Assembly: GCF_009914755.1 (NCBI RefSeq)
Contig: NC_060926.1
Origin: the human T2T-CHM13v2.0 reference genome, Homo sapiens
Reading direction: 5' to 3' (one strand)
Length of the DNA: 64,000 bases
The stretch's first letter is position 1. Each line of letters begins with the position of its first letter. The translations under genes and the position numbers were made by a program. Positions 58,851 to 64,000 of this stretch are shown here, piece by piece. Below the pieces are notes generated by a model. The model saw only the letters and a program-made list of their open reading frames with translations, made no database searches and was not told the DNA's origin.

Positions 58851-59751
58851 GCCTAGTACTATGTATGTTGTTATGAATTGGAATTTATCCATATTGTTTG
58901 TTTTTTAATGCTTGATTTAAAAAGACATTTCCATCTACTAACTGCTATATCACATCAACCTAAAAATAGCAATTTTGCTTCTGGAATAGTGATGGGATAT
59001 CCACAAGTTTCTCTTAATTATATATTTTATGAGGTCTACATGTAGAAAATCTAGTTTCTGAGGCAAATATTGTAGGATTTGCAAATCAACTATGAAAAAT
59101 ATTCCTCAGTCTAACTACAAATGGGAAAATGGGCAAGATCTTAGACATCCAGGTGGCGAGTGCTATAAAGAACCAAATTTGGTGGGAACATGAATGTAAA
59201 GTAAGTCCATTATTTTCTGAGGCACTGAGTAATGTAGATGGGAGAAAGACAGGTTTCAAGATTGAGGATGAAGTTGAGGTTTCTAAAGTTTGGAAAGTAA
59301 GTGAAGTCCAAGAATGCCATTCTATATTTCGTGGACAGCGTCTGAGAAGTAACCACTACCTGTTGAGAACAAAGAAAACCTATTTGTGGAATGTTGGGAA
59401 CCCCCTGAATCAACATCAGATAAGGCCAGAGGTTGATGCGATCCTGAAGATACAGGGGGAGCTTTTGGGAAGGCTTTAATTATGCTCTGAAGTCTGGGCC
59501 TTTGAGGTTCCTGCCACCATTTGATGAACTCCATTGGAAACGTGGTGGACTGAGAGGTGAGAACTGTGGGATTGCTTATCTCCGAATCCTGACACTTTAT
59601 CAGTGTCCCAGCCTCCAAATCCAATTTAGTGAAGTTGTTAGTGGAGAAGTGATTGTCTTCTTATGTGCTTATGGTGGGGATCGTTGAGTAATTAGTTAAA
59701 TTTATCATCAAAATTATGTGTCACAGGTGAATGGGTAATTGAGCTGTATCC

Positions 59752-59942
59752 TGCAGGGACTCTCAACCCTGGCTGAACTTCAGTAACCTCTAATTTTCAC
59801 ATTAAACATTTTAAACATTACAAATACCTGTGTCCCTTCCCCCAAGATTCTCATTCATTGGGTTAGGAGTGGGTCCTGGGCATAGGTATTTTAAAAAGCA
59901 CTCCAGGTGATTCTAATGCCCAGCCAAGGTTGAGAATCACTA
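59752..59942. mobile_element. MER5B DNA transposon
   Basis: ctctcaaccctggctg...gggcataggtattttaaaaagcactccaggtgattctaatgcccagccaaggttgagaatcact. Confidence 0.8.
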
Positions 59943-60377
59943 ATCTACTCTAATCTTTTCGTATGGCTGAACTCATTGGATTTTAAACTCTTTTGATGGC
60001 AGATACTGTGTCTTAGATATCTACACACCAATCTGTTATTAAGCAACAGAATAAGCACAATACATGTTATTTGTTAATGGGATTATTATTATGAAGTGCA
60101 GGGCTTAAAACCTTGCTGTCTAGGGATTCAAACCTTTTAAGTGTCTTTCACTGATTTACAGAAAGTGAATTTATTACACATTGTTTTTCAAAATGAATTT
60201 TGACATTTCTGGCCTTTTCTCATTAAAAAAAAACAAACAAATAAAAGCATGGAATTTGTTAGAGTATTTATTGACCTTTTAGTGCCATTAGGAATACTCC
60301 TACTCCTACCCTTAAAGAATTCTTCCTATAGAAGGTGCTCAAATAATTGCTTAAAGTGAACATTCATTTTATATAGA

Positions 60378-60708
60378 CAGTTGTCCCTTAGTATCCATAG
60401 GGGATTGATTCCAGGACTTCCCTCGGATACCAAAATCTGCAGATGCTCAAGTTCCTGATATAAAATGCTGCAGTGTTTGCATGTAATCTACACACATCCT
60501 CCTGTATACTTTAAGTCATCTCTAGATTATTTATAATACCTAATACAATGTAAAAGCTATTTAAACAGTTGTTATACTATACTGTTTAGGGAATAGTGAC
60601 AAGAAAATTGTGTGTGTGTGTTCAGTACACGTAGTTTTTTTTCTAAATATTTTTGATCTGGGGTTTGGTTGAATCCGCAGATGCGGAATGCATGGATGCG
60701 GAGGGCTG

Positions 60709-60712
<4 letters not shown>
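60378..60712 (+). mobile_element. MER2 TcMar-Tigger DNA transposon, both termini present
   Basis: cagttgtcccttagtatccatag...ggataccaaaatctgcagatgctcaagttcc...catggatgcggagggctgactg. Confidence 0.85.

Positions 60713-60747
<35 letters not shown>
60711..60747. repeat. (TG)n microsatellite
   Basis: About 18 uninterrupted TG units abutting the MER2 end. Confidence 0.95.
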
Positions 60748-60749
<2 letters not shown>

Positions 60750-62204
60750 TCACTGAGGATGAAGTGAATAAGGGAAAGGCTTGTCTAGTAATGAGGATGT
60801 ATAGTGTGTTCTGGGGTTGGAATGAATGAGAAATAAGAGCATTGAATTCGTGGAATAGCAGGCATGCTGGAATTTACAAAGGCCAATTTGTGGCTCTGAC
60901 TGCGTATGTGAGTACACCCTTTTTTGGAAAGGAAAAATTATATTTGATAGGGTTTTCAAGATGAATCTTTTCTGTATTCAGATATTTTGAATAATATGTT
61001 TGTTTTACAAGTTGAGGCAGCTTCCCAGAACTGGGAGTAGTCTGATTAGACTAACAATTCCATTCCCTGATTAACTGTGGGATCGGAATCTAAGAGAATT
61101 TGTGTAGTTAGAAGAATCTGGTATGATAATGTGTGGGAGTAGCCTGGAGGAATAGGCTAGAACTCTTGAATTTCTAAACTTTTCAGGCTTTGATGCCTTG
61201 TTACCTAAATAGATTTTAAGGTTCTTGTATACATAAGCTAGGCCCAGACTGGATTCCTCAAATGCTTTTCAATTGATTGGGCACTGACTTACTTGAGTGC
61301 TTTATTTCCTATTCAGACCTCACTTCTTTACAGCATGTGGACAGAACTGACTCGCCATCAGCATTACACATGCTTCCAACTTGGTTTTGGTTCTGCTACT
61401 CAGCTTGCATTGAGCAGCTTCTAAGTTTGCAAACAGAGGGCTCGTGGGGCCTGCTGTGACCCACAGACATATTTTTGTAGGTCTGCTCAGTGTTATATTT
61501 TGACTTAGTTGTCAGCATTTAAATATTTTGAGATTTCATGCAAAACTCCAGATTCCTATCTTCTTTGGGGGAAAAGCAAATTGGAAGCTCTGACAATGCT
61601 GGGCTTTACTTTCCCACATAGCAACCATCAGTTGGAGCTGAGACACCTCTGCTCTCTTTAGAAAGAATTATTAATGCTTCAGTCTCCATTATTGCTTCCC
61701 TAACAGTGAGGATAAGTTATTGTCATCATGCTTGACTGTTTTTACTCTGTGCTTATTTTCTCACTTATGGCCTTAATTCATGGTTGCTATTTGGCCTGCT
61801 GGTGGGCATTTGAGTTTGTGCTCCTGGATCTTCTCTCCCCTCCCTCCTCTTTCTCTTTCTCTCCCTCTCACACACACATCCCCACACACCCTCTGTGTAT
61901 AATCCATGCACATAGGGTTTGCTGAACCGGGTTTGGCTGGTTATCTGAGCTGAGTTAATTGCCCTGTGCGCGATTGGGAGCCACAGCCCTGATTTGTAGC
62001 TTGAGGCCCTGTGCTTAATCAAGTGGCTTAGTTAACCAGGAATTCATTCCCAGGGTATTCTGTGCTACAGATTCCCTTTGAAGAAGTTGGGCAAATGGTA
62101 ATGTTGTCAGATTTTTGTGAGACTATTTTATGAGTGGACTGTTAAAGACATCTGAGGAGTGTGTTAAACATTCAGAGCTTTGGGCCTCTCTTGGAAAATC
62201 TAAA

Positions 62205-62390
62205 GCAGTGTAGTGCAGTAGAACTTTCTGGGATGAAGAGATGTTCTAGATCTGCATCTTTCAAGAGGGCAGCCACTAGACATATGTGGTTGTTAAGTAG
62301 TTGAAATGTGCCTAGTGCAACTGAGGAACTGAATTTTAAATTTTAATTTAAATGTAAATCGCCACAAATGGCTTGCCTTAGTGGACAGTT
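62205..62390. mobile_element. MER3-like hAT-Charlie relic
   Basis: tagaactttctgggatgaagagatgttcta...gcagccactagacatatgtgg...ctgaggaactgaattttaaatt. Confidence 0.75.
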
Positions 62391-62790
62391 CAGATCCAAT
62401 GCTCTTCTGATGGGTTCTGTCAGCTGCTTTTGGAAACCACTGGCTTAAAGACCAGATCCCAGGCAGTCCTTAACTTGACATTGCTACTCAGTTCTGTTGA
62501 GAACTTTGCCATCAGAAAGGGATCTTCAGCCACTCTTTGGTATCCACAGGTGGTAGAGAGAGCCTTTAAACCTTAAATGCTCCACCTAGACACTAGCACA
62601 AAAACTAGCTGGGTTTGAGAGTAAGCCCAGGTTGGCCTCAGTTTACACCTTTGGTGCAACAGGCTGAGGATGTACATCCTCTGTCTCTGGTACTGGGTGG
62701 AGAGTGGGCCAAGAAGGAGCAGTGAACAAAAATCTGGGCCATTTTTAGTGAGATTTAGATGCTTCTCGACTGATAGAAATACTAAACACC

Positions 62791-63220
62791 TTCAGTTCAA
62801 TTAAGTCCCAGCTATTTATCTTTGCTTTTATTGCATTTGCTTTTGGGTTCTTGGTCATGAAATCCTTGCCTAAGCCAATGTCTAGAAGGGTTTTTCCAAT
62901 GTTATCTTACAGAATGTTGTAGTTTCAGGTCTTAGATTTAAATCCTTGATCCACTTTGAGTTGATTTTTGTGTAAGGTTGAGAGGTGAGGATCCAGCTTC
63001 ATTCTCCTACATGTGGCTTGCCAATTATCGCAGCACCATTTGTTGAATAGGGTGTCCTTTCCCCACTTAATGTTTTCGTTTGCTTTGTTGAAAATCAGTT
63101 GACTGTAAGTATTTGGGTTTATTTTTGGGTTCTCTATTTCTGTTCCAATGGTCTATGGGCCTATTTTTATACTAGTACCGTGCTGTTTGGTGACTATGGT
63201 CTTATAGTATAGTTTGAAAT
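62791..63220 (-). mobile_element. L1PB ORF2 segment, inverted 5' part of a twin-primed insertion
   Basis: ttcttggtcatgaaatccttgcctaagccaatgtctagaaggg...cttatagtatagtttgaa is reverse-strand L1 ORF2. Confidence 0.88.
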
Positions 63221-63835
63221 GAGAGCTTTTCCATGGCAAAAGGAACAGTCAGCAGTGTAAACAGACAACCCACAGAGTGGGAGAAAATCTTTGCAATCTA
63301 TACATCTGACAAAGGACTAATATCCAGAATCTACAATGAACTCAAACAAATTAGCAAGAAAAAAAACAAACAATCCCATCAAAAAGAGGGCCAAGGACAT
63401 GAATAGACAATTCTCAAAAGAAGATATAGAAATGGCCAACAAACAAGAAAAAAATGCTCAACATCACTAATGATCAGGGAAGTGCAACTCAAAATCACAA
63501 TGTGATACCACCTCACTCCTGCAAGAATGGCCATCATCAAAAAATTTTAAAAAAATAGGTGTTGGTGTGGATGTGGTGAACAGTGAACACTTCTGGTTGG
63601 AATGTAAACTAGTACAACCACTATGAAAAATAGTGTGGAGGTTCCTTAAAGAACTAAAAGTAGAACTACCATTTGATCCGGCAATCCCACTACTGGGTAT
63701 CTACCTAGAGGAAAATAAGTCATTATATGAAAAAGATACTTGCACATGCATGTTTAGCAGCACACTTTGCAACTGCAAAAGCGTGGAACCAACCCAAATG
63801 CCCACCAGTCAACGAGTGGGTAAAGAATCTGTGGG

Positions 63836-63836
<1 letters not shown>
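63221..63836 (+). mobile_element. L1PB ORF2 3' segment, sense part, probably continuing past the window
   Basis: acagacaacccacagagtgggagaaaatctttgcaatctatacatctgacaaagg; ORF track [23 protein letters not shown] is the L1 ORF2 C-terminus. Confidence 0.92.
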
Positions 63837-63871
<35 letters not shown>

Positions 63872-63947
63872 GTATATATAAGGCTATATACATATATATG
63901 TATATATATGGCTATATACATATATATGGATATATATTTATATATAT

Positions 63948-64000
<53 letters not shown>
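63837..64000. repeat. Compound (TG)n(TA)n microsatellite / low-complexity tract within the L1
   Basis: (TG)~11 followed by a long imperfect TA run with a pure (TA) stretch near 63950-63990. Confidence 0.95.

Noticed and set aside
59129-59479. 116-aa ATG-initiated ORF in intron 1
   Set aside because: No recognisable domain or exon signals; length is within chance expectation.

Overview
Primate, most likely human, genomic DNA. About 55 kb of AT-rich, repeat-dense intergenic sequence is followed by a CpG-island promoter (~55250-56500), the first coding exon of PARD3B on the + strand (ATG 56298, 40 codons, GT donor at 56418) and the first ~7.6 kb of intron 1. The rest is interspersed repeats (11 Alu pieces, L1, L2, MIR, MaLR/ERV LTRs, MER DNA transposons) and microsatellites. 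Almost all other ORFs in the track are repeat-derived or chance ORFs. I found no evidence of a novel multi-gene system. The best second-look signals are structural: a very young AluYa5-lineage insertion with a perfect 14-bp TSD, a small dispersed duplication of unique flank plus Alu tail (44143 vs 46900), a twin-primed inverted L1 in intron 1, a three-level nested insertion, and a tailless Alu with flush direct repeats. Repeat families and subfamilies were assigned by eye from remembered consensus sequences, and boundaries of old elements are approximate.
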